In this document: positions 13,296 to 24,510 of the stretch, piece after piece
How the letters are laid out: each line of letters opens with the position of its first letter
How positions within the stretch are numbered: the stretch's first letter is position 1
DNA from: Octopus bimaculoides
Taxonomy: Eukaryota
Direction of reading: 5' to 3'
Length of the DNA stretch: 64,000 bases
NCBI RefSeq assembly: GCF_001194135.2
Contig: NC_068991.1
Location: 73,440,124 to 73,504,123, forward strand
Translations under genes and position numbers: made by a program
Notes under the pieces: generated by a model
Told to the model about the DNA's origin: nothing
Database searches by the model: none
What the model saw: the letters and a program-made list of their open reading frames with translations, nothing else

Positions 13296-13376
13296 CGTCT
13301 CCGCATAATTCTTTGTCACCATAATTCTTTGTTACCATAATTCTTTGTCGCCGCCTCCGCATAATTCTTTGTCACA
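13296..13376. repeat. Minisatellite, CATAATTCTTTGT(C/T) core x4
   Basis: Seen directly between S2 copies. Confidence 0.85.
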
Positions 13377-13377
13377 A

Positions 13378-13780
13378 GGCAGAAACGTTAGCACGTCGGG
13401 CGAAATGCTTAGCGGTATTTCGTCTGCCATTACGTTCTGAGTTCAAATCCCGCCGAAGTCGACTTTGCCTTTCAGCCTTTCAGAGTCGATTAAGTAAGTT
13501 CCCGTTACGCACTGTTGTGGATGTAATCGACTTAATCCGTTTGTCTGTCCTTGTTTGTCCCCTCTCTAGCCCTTTGTGGGCAGTAAAGAATTGAGAAACG
13601 TTAGCACGCCGGGCGAAATGCTTAGCAGTATTTCGTCTGCCATTACGTTCTGAGTTCAAATTCCGCCGAAGTCGACTTTGCCTTTCATCCTTTTCGTGTC
13701 GATAAATTAAATAGCAGTTGCGTACTAGGGTCAATCTAATCGACTGGCCCTTCCCCAAACATTTCGGGTCTTATGCAACC
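13378..13780 (+). mobile_element. Two head-to-tail S2 SINE copies (13378-13593, 13594-13780)
   Basis: Both match the 12887 copy. Junction reads GTAAAGAATTG|AGAAACGTTAGCACG. Confidence 0.9.
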
Positions 13781-13789
13781 GCGAAACGA

Positions 13790-13890
13790 TGAAAATCAAA
13801 GATCGACCTTGGCGGAATTTGAGCTCAGAACATAAAGGGCCGGGCGTATTTTGTTCGACGCGCTAATAATCCAAACTGCTAGCTGCCTTA
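13790..13890 (-). mobile_element. Degenerate S2 SINE head, inverted
   Basis: TCGACCTTGGCGGAATTTGAGCTCAGAAC is the reverse complement of the B-box region. Confidence 0.7.
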
Positions 13891-13994
13891 AATGTGCACA
13901 AACTTAATGCATTGGAACGGTCTTTATTTACATATATTTGGTTTTCTTAGTTATGGCTTGCTTTACCAAGGAAGAACTACGAGGACTAATGCAA

Positions 13995-14027
<33 letters not shown>

Positions 14028-14258
14028 GGTTGGTCCACCAACGATTGACAACTGCTATTGGTTGGTTTACATTCCTGCCAATGAAATGTTTGAATTAACA
14101 CAAAATGTTAAAGAAATACTGCGGTACAAGTAAAAGATATATATGCGCACGCGTGTGTGTGTGTGTGAGCATGTGTGTGTGCGTGTGTGTGTGTGTGTGT
14201 GTGTGCATCTGTGTATCTGTGTGGGTATGTATATGTATTGATATATGCATATATACAG

Positions 14259-14292
<34 letters not shown>

Positions 14293-14439
14293 GTATGTGT
14301 ATATATGTGCGTGTGTGTGTATGAATGTCTATATACATGTAAATATATATATACATGTATGTATGTGGGGAGGGTGTCCATGACAAAACGTAAGGACGAA
14401 CGAAATGCCACTGAATGTTTTGTTCGGCGTGAGTGAGTA

Positions 14440-14460
14440 TTATTAATAATGATAATAATG

Positions 14461-14541
<81 letters not shown>
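14440..14541. repeat. (AAT)n microsatellite
   Basis: Seen directly. Confidence 0.95.
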
Positions 14542-14545
<4 letters not shown>

Positions 14546-14849
14546 AAGTATTAGAGGTAATGAAAGTACCACCCTCTCTCTCTCTAACATTATCTATCTA
14601 TCTATCTATCTGATATGTAAATATCGTCACACATACACACATACACACACATACGCAAAAACATATATATAGATACATATGCACACGCACACACACACAC
14701 ACACAGGTATGCATTTATGCGTTCATCATTTCTATACGACTGAATGTGTTCATACGCATGAACATAAGCGGTATGCGTTATATGTAATGCATAGACAGCG
14801 AAACCACGTTTATTAGCTACATAGATTAAAAATATACGCCTGAACGAGT

Positions 14850-14904
<55 letters not shown>

Positions 14905-15572
14905 CACACTCATACATACACACACATACACACATATATATGTACGCACCGGTCTACACATTTAATTATACGCACATCAGTGATTCCATACGTACGCCTG
15001 TGCATTCGTATGCGACTTTGGTTTCAAATATGCAATCACTTATATCAAACACGAATTATATTGCAGTATGAATATATATGCATAAATACACGTATGTATG
15101 TATGTATGTATGTATGTAGCATTTCCATTAATATATTTAGGATTGCTTGGTTAATTGATTCGGTATTTCAAATATGGAGACCAAAGTGACTGTGGAGGAA
15201 AATCATATTTCGCCGATAATCTATATCGGTTCATGTCTGATGCTGTATTTAGGTGCAAACGATTCAATACTTAGTTGGTGTCCGCACTCTGATAAATGAT
15301 GCATTTCTGTGGGCAGGGATGATTGTTATTCTTTCGCTACTAAGTAATTTATTTGTTCCGCTGCTTGTTCTCTTTCTCATTTCCTCCTGCCTTCATTTTC
15401 TTTCTTTCTCTTTCTCGCTCTCTCTCTCTCTCTCTCTCTCTCCCTCTCCCTCTTTCAATTTATCTATCTATCTATCTCTATTCTTCCCTGTCTCCGTTCC
15501 TAGATGTTCCTCCTACATCTGAATATGTGGGCGTGTTTGCCTATACATATGTCTAAATATAATATAAATGTA

Positions 15573-15622
<50 letters not shown>

Positions 15623-15916
15623 NNNNNNNNNNNNNNNNNNNNNNNNNNNNNNNNNNNNNNNNNNNNNNNNNNNNNNNNNNNNNNNNNNNNNNNNNNNNNN
15701 NNNNNNNNNNNNNNNNNNNNNNNNNNNNNNNNNNNNNNNNNNNNNNNNNNNNNNNNNNNNNNNNNNNNNNNNNNNNNNNNNNNNNNNNNNNNNNNNNNNN
15801 NNNNNNNNNNNNNNNNNNNNNNNNNNNNNNNNNNNNNNNNNNNNNNNNNNNNNNNNNNNNNNNNNNNNNNNNNNNNNNNNNNNNNNNNNNNNNNNNNNAT
15901 ATATACATATTTATGT

Positions 15917-15983
<67 letters not shown>

Positions 15984-16173
15984 CACATATATATATATGT
16001 TTGTATTTACATATAGGTGTATATTTAAGCATATATGAATAAATATACAACCATACACATATATCTAACATGCATATATGCGTAAGTGTGTGTGTGTGTG
16101 GTTGTGTGTGTCTGTTTCTGTGCGTGCGTGTGTGTGTGTAGAAATAGATTCATATGCATTTGTACATATTTGC

Positions 16174-16222
<49 letters not shown>

Positions 16223-16752
16223 CATATATATGTTCGTGTGTGTGTATACATGTATATACGTACACATACACACACACCACATATATATATATATATATAT
16301 ATATATACCTATACATATATATATACATACATACATGCACATACATTAGTACATATATGCGTATGTTTATATGCACCGTTTAATTAAAACAGGTGCACAC
16401 ATACTCACGCGCTTCATAGCGAAGTATAATACATTCCAGTATTTTCCTTCCATTAATACTTTGGCTATTTTGCGGTCATACAATGCAATTTTATTCGCAA
16501 GCCATTTATTATTCAATAATTGCTTCTCACTAACATAATATGGTTGGTCTTTCTTTAATACGTATATATATATCTATATCTATCTATCTGTATATATATA
16601 TATATATATAGCGAGAGAGAGAGAGATAGAAAGATATGGAGAGATAGAGAGATAGATGCATATCTACACCTAACTATCTAACTAACTCTGTTTCTATCTA
16701 TCTATCTATCTATCTATGTACATATCTATACTTCGATACGTACATACATATA

Positions 16753-17301
16753 TACAGGATGCGATGGGTAAATTGTCGCCTTTTTGTATTTCTAATTTCG
16801 CGCATGTGCAATTTTGAATTTTGATTTAGTCGTCTACATATTATAGTAAGGTCAGTTAGGCACCATCTGTGAAAAAAAGCCACGGCATCACACAATTCAC
16901 TAGAAATTTAGAAACGCCATGCTGTACCGCTCGGCATTAGCACCGGAAGCTCCAATACGAACATTTCAGAGCGTTTGTGTGTCAATCTTAGGACAAGTCT
17001 CAGGACATGTACCGAGAGGGAGAAAATCAAACATCCTGTCGACTTCATGGTGTTTGGAGTGATCACCAGTGATGGCGACGTTGTGCCTCCATTCATTTTT
17101 TCATACAGGACTACATCGACTGCCTGGAGGAGATAGTGCTACTCTGGGTCAAGTGGGTGACTAACGGAAGACCCTATGTCTAGCAACAAGACTCTGCATC
17201 ATACCACACAAGTAGGGGAAGCCAGTCATGGCTGTCAGACAATTTCTGCGACCACATCACCCCTAACATCTGGCCACCTAACTCCACAGACTGCAGCTCC
17301 C
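16753..17301 (+). mobile_element. Internally deleted Tc1/mariner DNA transposon, DD37D (maT-type) transposase remnant
   Basis: Begins TA-CAGGATGCGATGGGTAAATTGTCGCC. Translation KIKHPVDFMVFGVITSDGDVVPPFIF/YIDCLEEIVLLWVKWVTNGRPYV*QQDSASYHTSRGSQSWLSDNFCDHITPNIWPPNSTDCSSL(H). There are 37 residues between the QQD aspartate and the decayed (CAT) third position. Confidence 0.85.
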
Positions 17302-17375
17302 TTCATTTTGTGTGTGTTATTTCATTTTCGGATTTGGTTTGCAAGATTCTTTACGTGAGTTCGTGTTTTGAAGAA

Positions 17376-17652
17376 TATTCTGTTGTGTCTGGGGAGAGTC
17401 ATTCTCTTTTAGTGCCTTATAGTTTAACACATTCACCGGTAAAATTTCCACTTATTTCTTCTTTATTATTCTAAAATTTTGGTTGCATATTGCAACCTTT
17501 TCAATAGTTTTGATTGAAGACGTTTGAAAAAGTTGCGAGATGCAACGAAAACTTTAGAAAAATAAAAAAGAATTTAGTGGAATTTTTACTGGTGAGTGCA
17601 TTAAATTATAAGGCACCAAAAGTGAATGACTCTCCACAGACACAACAGAATA
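17376..17652. mobile_element. Foldback MITE with ~120-bp inverted arms, TA-flanked
   Basis: TATTCTGTTGTGTCTGGGGAGAGTCATTCTCTTTTAGTGCC... versus ...GGCACCAAAAGTGAATGACTCTCCACAGACACAACAGAATA. Confidence 0.85.
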
Positions 17653-18149
17653 TGTTTAAGTGTGTATATATATATATGCATTTGCGTGTGTCTGTGTCTG
17701 TGTGTGTATCGATATACAGATTTTGACAAAAGTCACCTGGCAGTAAATCAAAACGATTTAATTCCAAAATTTATTTATGTTTAACAACGGAACGGATTCA
17801 ATAAAAGCATCTAAATATGAAACATTATGAAAACTGTTCAAACTGTCTTGGGCCACACCATTTTTCCATTCGAGTCAATGCAGAATTACAGACAGCATTT
17901 ATGGAATTTTGATTTACCCTGCATACACACATAAACACACACACACACATACACACACACACACACACACACGGAAACAGAGAGTACGACAGAGATTTAT
18001 GTTGAAAGAACGGTAACTATGTATAAAGTGAACGTGCATATAAATGTATATATGTACTTGTGTGTAGACATGTGTGTGTGTTTTGTTTGTGTGGACACTC
18101 CCTATACACTAACCCTCCTCGCCATATTTGTATATATATGTATATGTAT

Positions 18150-18225
<76 letters not shown>

Positions 18226-18226
<1 letters not shown>

Positions 18227-18318
18227 GTGTAGGAATGACTGTGTGGTAAGTACCTTGGTTACCAGCCACAAGTTTTCGGGTTGAGTACCACTCCGTGGCA
18301 TCTTGGGCAACTGTCTTC
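18226..18318 (+). mobile_element. S1 SINE head only
   Basis: GGTGTAGGAATGACTGTGTGGTAAG...CCACTCCGTGGCATCTTGGGCAACTGTCTTC. Confidence 0.8.
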
Positions 18319-18833
18319 AGCTGATACATTGAGTATTGAGGCGATGGTGCACAAGCAACTGTTACGTTGGACTGGAGACCTTATTAGAATGAAGGATAGC
18401 AGGATTCCTAACCAGATGCTATATGGAGAACTTGTGAATGGAAGAAGACCCCGGCAAAAACCAAGGCTGCGATTTAAGGACTGTGTCAAGTCCTCATTAA
18501 AGGCCTGTGATATGCAGGACACTGACTGGGAGAACAATGCCTGCCATCACCACAGATGGAGGAAGCAGGTTAATGAAGGGGTCGACACTTTTGAGAGAAC
18601 ACGTATCCAGCATGAAGAACTTAAGCGAGCTGCGCCAAAGCGCACGGCTCGTATAGTGAATGGGGAAAGCTTGGTCTGCAATGTTTGCAGTCGTGTATGC
18701 TTGTCAAGAGCAGGGCTCATTAGCCACCAACGGAGCCGCAAATGCAAAATATAAGTTAGTCCTAGAGCGCACTATGTTCCTGAAGGTCGGCAATGGTCTT
18801 CCTCGGTCACGAGTGGACGGCCATCATCATCAT
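18319..18833 (+). mobile_element. RTE-clade LINE 3' fragment (ORF C-terminus, zinc knuckle, 3' UTR, (CAT)n tail)
   Basis: SIEAMVHKQLLRWTGDLIRMKDSRIPNQMLYGEL..R..KPRLRFKD..WE..A...W...G...FE..R...CNVCSRVCLSRAGLISHQR*, typical of the RTE/BovB C-terminus, with an uninterrupted frame. Confidence 0.92.
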
Positions 18834-21074
18834 ATATATGTATATACATATATATANNNNNNNNNNNNNNNNNNNNNNNNNNNNNNNNNNNNNNNNNNNN
18901 NNNNNATATATATATATATATATATATACATTTTTATTTTCTTGCGTCAAGTGAAGCCAAATCGTTTCTTTTGTTTTCGTACTTTTTGAGTTCCAAAACT
19001 TATTTTACCAATATTTTTTCTATTCCTCCCGCTCTGTACCTTTCCAAACCACGACTAATCCGCAATAGAATTAGATATTAGGCGTGAATTTTATTTCTGT
19101 GCTTCGTTGGTTTTTCAAATGCTGATGGAGCACATTTCCTCGCCGAGATATACATGCTGTTGTCTCAGAAGTTTTGCCTCCGTCATTCATATATTTATCT
19201 ACATTCGTTTTGAGCCCTTCAAATCCTTGTCACTGGACAAGGTCAGTAAGTGGAGAATGTTGTTTAATGTCGGCTTGTGCTAGATTAAACGGACGCCAGG
19301 TGCAAGACTCCTTCAATCTCTGCTGGAATTGGCCCTGAACAGACTATATTGCGTGTATAATAATTTCCTTTTAAAGCCTTACATAATTTTTGTATATCTT
19401 TCCGCAATCAAAGACTACCGTTAAACTTGTTGCATGACAAGATTTTCTATTTAGTATTGTTGTTTAATGCTCTCGCCCTGGTAAGCTTTGTTTGAAAATC
19501 GTGGAACTTGCATTTAAACAACGATTAGATTTAACAGCACCATACACATATTTTTATATGGATCAGATTCACCTCTGTTTAACGATGATAAAAATCCGTT
19601 TCTGCTTTTAAACTCAAAATCTTTAATCATTTGAAATTATTTCCTCAACAGAATTTACCAGATTCATGTCATGTCCCAAGATTATTGAATTCGCTATTAA
19701 TCACACGCCACGAGAGGATCCATAGTACTTATATTAACTCAATATGTAATAAGGTCTTTTGCTTCTATGTTACCATTTTTTCTTTTCATATACGAAAATT
19801 CCTGTCTGCCAATTAAATCCAATCTGCATAATTGCATTCCTCAATCTCATCGTTACGTCTTTGAATAATGATCAAAGAAATTGTTCAGAGAGCGGAACGT
19901 TACAAATATAAGAGTTAAATGCGTGATTCTATACTGATGCCGCAATTTATGTAAAATTCGAGAAAATGGCATCTATTTCATTACAATGACCGACTGACAA
20001 TTCCAGAAGTTAGTAGTACATGATTAAATTTGATCATAAAGACTTTTAGTTACTCCAGATGGAGTCACATTTGCAGCAAAGCAAACGTATCTCTTTACAT
20101 TATTGCATTACAGATTTCCCCGAAACGTATTCTTAATTGCAATGCCAAAGGGTGTGGAATGAACAATGTAGCAACTTAGAATTAATTCTGAGGAGAATTC
20201 AAAATTGTTCTCTTAACGTTAACACGAAATGATTATAATTCAGTTTTCTCTTTTATTGATTCAGATAACTCTTTCATTACAAGTAATAAGATCGATTTAC
20301 ACAGTGGCATTTATAAATGAATTCCGGAATGAATATTGACGTGTAAATAGAACGCTGACGTGGTTATAGGAAATGTAAGCATGTTGATCTGAGAAAAATA
20401 ACGACGGTTCAACAAATCAAGTTATCTGTGACAGCAAAGATCTAATTTCTCTGATATTTTAAACTATTCTATAATGATAACGTCATTTCTGTAATTTGCA
20501 ATGTAAGTTATTTAAATATATTCCAACATAATTATATTTCTTCCAAACAAAGCATTAGTTCATTCTGTTTCCATCGCTAAGAATACAGTTATAAATATAG
20601 CCATACACATATCATGACTGTATATGTATGAGTGTGTCAAAGTGTGTGTATGCACGTTAGAATGTGTGCGTGAGAGTGTGTTCAGGGTGTATGTGTGTGT
20701 GTGTGTGTTCCTAATTTTTGCTACGAATTCTATAAATTGAGTTAATATCGCATGCATTTGGAAATGTTCGTGTAGAACGAAACATATGGCCATGTGTGAC
20801 GAATTACACTTATAGTAACATAATAATAATAATATTCTTGACATCAAATTTCGATTGTTGCTTGCAGTTTATGGCCTTACAAATACACACAAACACAAAA
20901 ATATACATGAATATATATGTAGGTGCATGTGTATGTATGTATATATTCACCATGATAGATCGCTAACCACTACACACATTTTTCTCTCTCCTTGTGTCTC
21001 TGCTCGTTTCTTTCTGTGTTTAAACAAAGGGAAATTACTGTGTTTAACGGTCATTTTTCACATTTCAATGGCCG

Positions 21075-21135
21075 GATAACTGAAGAGATGTTGGCGTGGG
21101 TTCCCACCCCGGCATCCGAAACTCGGAGTCTTATC
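21075..21135 (+). ncRNA. Type I hammerhead ribozyme with complete core and GUC cleavage site (cut after 21130)
   Basis: GAUAA-CUGAAGA-GAUGUUGG c GUGG guuc CCAC c CCGGCAUC c-GAA-ACUC g GAGU C-UUAUC. Stem I 5 bp perfect, long stem II, near-palindromic stem III. Confidence 0.85.
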
Positions 21136-21779
21136 ATGGTTACCGAATAAGTGTCACATATTTTTACAGATAAATTCTTCTATTTACATAATATCGTTGT
21201 CTCTTTCTTTCTTTTGTTTTCCTTTCTATCAATATATATATATATANNNNNNNNNNNNNNNNNNNNNNNNNNNNNNNNNNNNNNNNNNNNNNNNNNNNNN
21301 NNNNNNNNNNNNNNNNNNNNNNNNNNNNNNNNNNNNNNNNNNNNNNNNNNNNNNNNNNNNNNNNNNNNNNNNNNNNNNNNNNNNNNNNNNNNNNNNNNNN
21401 NNNNNNNNNNNNNNNNNNNNNNNNNNNNNNNNNNNNNNNNNNNNNNNNNNNNNNNNNNNNNNNNNNNNNNNNNNNNNNNNNNNNNNNNNNNNNNNNNNNN
21501 NNNNNNNNNNNNNNNNNNNNNNNNNNNNNNNNNNNNNNNNNNNNNNNNNNNNNNNNNNNNNNNNNNNNNNNNNNNNNNNNNNNNNNNNNNNNNNNNNNNN
21601 NNNNNNNNNNNNNNNNNNNNNNNNNNNNNNNNNNNNNNNNNNNNNNNNNNNNNNNNNNNNNNNNNNNNNNNNNNNNNNNNNNNNNNNNNNNNNNNNNNNN
21701 NNNNNNNNNNNNNNNNNNNNNNNNNNNNNNNNNNNNNNNNNNNNNNNNNNNNNNGAGAGAGAGAGAGAGGGGGGAGAAG

Positions 21780-21857
<78 letters not shown>

Positions 21858-21904
21858 CGCAGTTATGCATATATATGTTACTGATTCGTTGTGAAAGCTT
21901 CAAG

Positions 21905-22160
21905 TGTTCGATCAACTGAATTACCTGCTCCTGAATCAACGTGTAAGATGGCCGAGTATTCCACAGACACGTGTACTCATAACATAAATTCCCAGGAAAA
22001 TTACTGCCGCTTGGTATGCGACACTGCTGTACTCTTCTGAATTGCAAGTATAGTCGGCATGATGAGCTTCTCTACAGTTTCTGTCTACTAACCAATTTCG
22101 CTAAATAGATATGGAGTTTGACCTGAAGTTATAAACAATGATATTTGTCTACGAACCAAA
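21905..22160 (-). mobile_element. Degenerate SINE: S3-type body with S1-like head
   Basis: GATCAACTGAATTACCTGCTC...TTCCACAGACACGTGTAC matches the 35150-35230 copy, followed by CAGTTTCTGTCTAC. Confidence 0.6.
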
Positions 22161-22230
22161 GCAATTGGTTATATGTATATCAATACACACACACACATAC
22201 ACACACACACACACATACACACACACACAG

Positions 22231-22263
<33 letters not shown>

Positions 22264-22680
22264 GTTACTTTTGAATAGATATATAGATATATATATTTAT
22301 ATCCATACACACACAATCATATATGCATGTATGTGTGTGTGCGTGTGTGTGTGTAACTGTGTGTGTGTGTGTGCAGATCACTCTTCATTTATTTTTATTT
22401 ATGTTCTTGAACGGAAATAGACCTTCTGGACGGGAGAAATACGCGTTTTGCTTATGCAATCTCCGCTTACCGACAATTGTGTGATGGCTTCCTGAGGCAA
22501 ACGCCTGGATTAATCACAAACACATGTATGTTAATATATATATGGCCATCTCTTACGTGTTTAAATGTACACTGTATATATAATGAATGATATATAGTCT
22601 ATTGACTAGATTTTTCTACACGCTAGTCCACAGTGTTAAAAGATTTCTAAATAATATTTCACTACTCTGAAATGTATTAT

Positions 22681-22715
<35 letters not shown>

Positions 22716-23104
22716 NNNNNNNNNNNNNNNNNNNNNNNNNNNNNNNNNNNNNNNNNNNNNNNNNNNNNNNNNNNNNNNNNNNATATATATGTATATATAT
22801 ATATGTATGTATGTATGTATGCATGTATGTATGTATGTATCAGGATATGTGTAATGTTGGTGTATTTTTAATGCAAAAATTTACAGTCGAACTGGATAAC
22901 CTCTATTGATTTCCACGACATATTTTCGTATATTAATATTTACTATTTGACTGTCTTGTCTATACATCTCAAGTTAGCCGCTTTCCTACAAACAGATTTC
23001 TGTATAGAAATATAACGCATGAATCCTCTCAACGCCAGCGAGCTTCTATCTTTCCCACCACCTCTCTCTCACTCAGTCTTTCTGTCTATCTGTCTCTGTC
23101 TCTG

Positions 23105-23197
<93 letters not shown>
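23105..23197. repeat. (CT)n microsatellite
   Basis: Seen directly. Confidence 0.95.
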
Positions 23198-23199
<2 letters not shown>

Positions 23200-24045
23200 A
23201 TGTGTACGAAAACAACTACTGTTCATTTTTCCATAGCTGCTTCCTAGTTATGCTTTATCTACTCGCCATCGAGACATTACACACCAAGTCAGTCTTATCC
23301 TGTAAAGTGAGACTTCAATGGTGAACGTGACAATGTTGTCTCATTCACCAACGTAAATAATAATCACTACTGATATCAAATAAGCCGTATGCACCATGAT
23401 CCTGCGCAACACACACCTGGAACCCTCACCAAGCGATTCTTCTGACGAAACACGCTCTAAATAGGACGCAATGAATGGTCCTTTACTTGATGGCTTCAAA
23501 CCCACCTCACAAATATTAATATTCGGGTGTGGCCCACAAAGTGTTATTGCTTTCAAGGTTGGTATGCTACTGTTGTTGCACTATACCTGATGTCCTAGAC
23601 CACATCCAAAAACATGAACACGAAGGAACTTCCGGCTGATTGTCATTATGTCACTCGTAAGCACGTTCCTGCCAGTGGATCATAGACACGCTGTTTCCCT
23701 TCTTTCGCTGCTTTTTCTGCAATTATTTTAATGATCATCTGTATTTTTCGAAGCTGGCTGGGCTCGCAGACATTTCAGATAAAGTCACAATTCCTCCCAT
23801 CTTTACTCCAAACCAACCCCAAACAAGGCCCTGCGGTTGTCACTGTTTGCCTTAGCGGTGTGTTCCCTAGAATTCTTTCTCTGTTCATGCAATCAGCTTT
23901 CCTGTAAGCTATTGATTGTCAAATCTTCCAGAGAAACGCCAATGGCCTAAGACTTTCTGATCGACAAGAGTCTGTGAATACCATGGCACTACAGTTTTCA
24001 CCAGACCCACCAGGTAAATATTTAAAAAAAAGCATTAAATCATAT

Positions 24046-24510
24046 GGACGTAAGCATAGCTGTGTGGTAAGACGCTTGCTTCCCTACCACCTAGTTCCGA
24101 GTTTAGTCATACTGAGTGGCACCTTCGATGTTCTCTGCTATAAACCCAGGTCGACCAAACCCTTGTGGGTAGATTAGGTAGACGTCGTATTCATCGTCAA
24201 ACTATAACACCTGCTTGTAGTTCCCTTACCTGTCTTTGTCTTCTGTTAACAGCACATTTGAACTATACATATATATGTTTGGGAGGGGTGTCTTAAAGCA
24301 TGTGTTTTTCTGCCACCTCCGCTATATCACCCGCGTTGGTTTGCTTATATCCCTGTAGACTAATGGTTTGGCAAAAGAAAAAAGGGACCTGTAGAATAAG
24401 TACCTTACTTTAAAATAAGTCCTGGGGTCAATTTGTTCGACGAACTTCCTTCCAGGCAGTGCTCCAGCCTGGTCAGAGGCAAATAATTGAGACAAGTAAA
24501 AGATAAAACA
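24046..24510 (+). mobile_element. S1 SINE, head (24046-24190) and tail (24310-24510)
   Basis: GCTGTGTGGTAAGACGCTTGCTTCCC...; TAGAATAAGTACC...AAGTCCTGGGGTCAATTTGTTCGAC...GTGCTCCAGC...ACAAGTAAAAGA. Confidence 0.85.
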
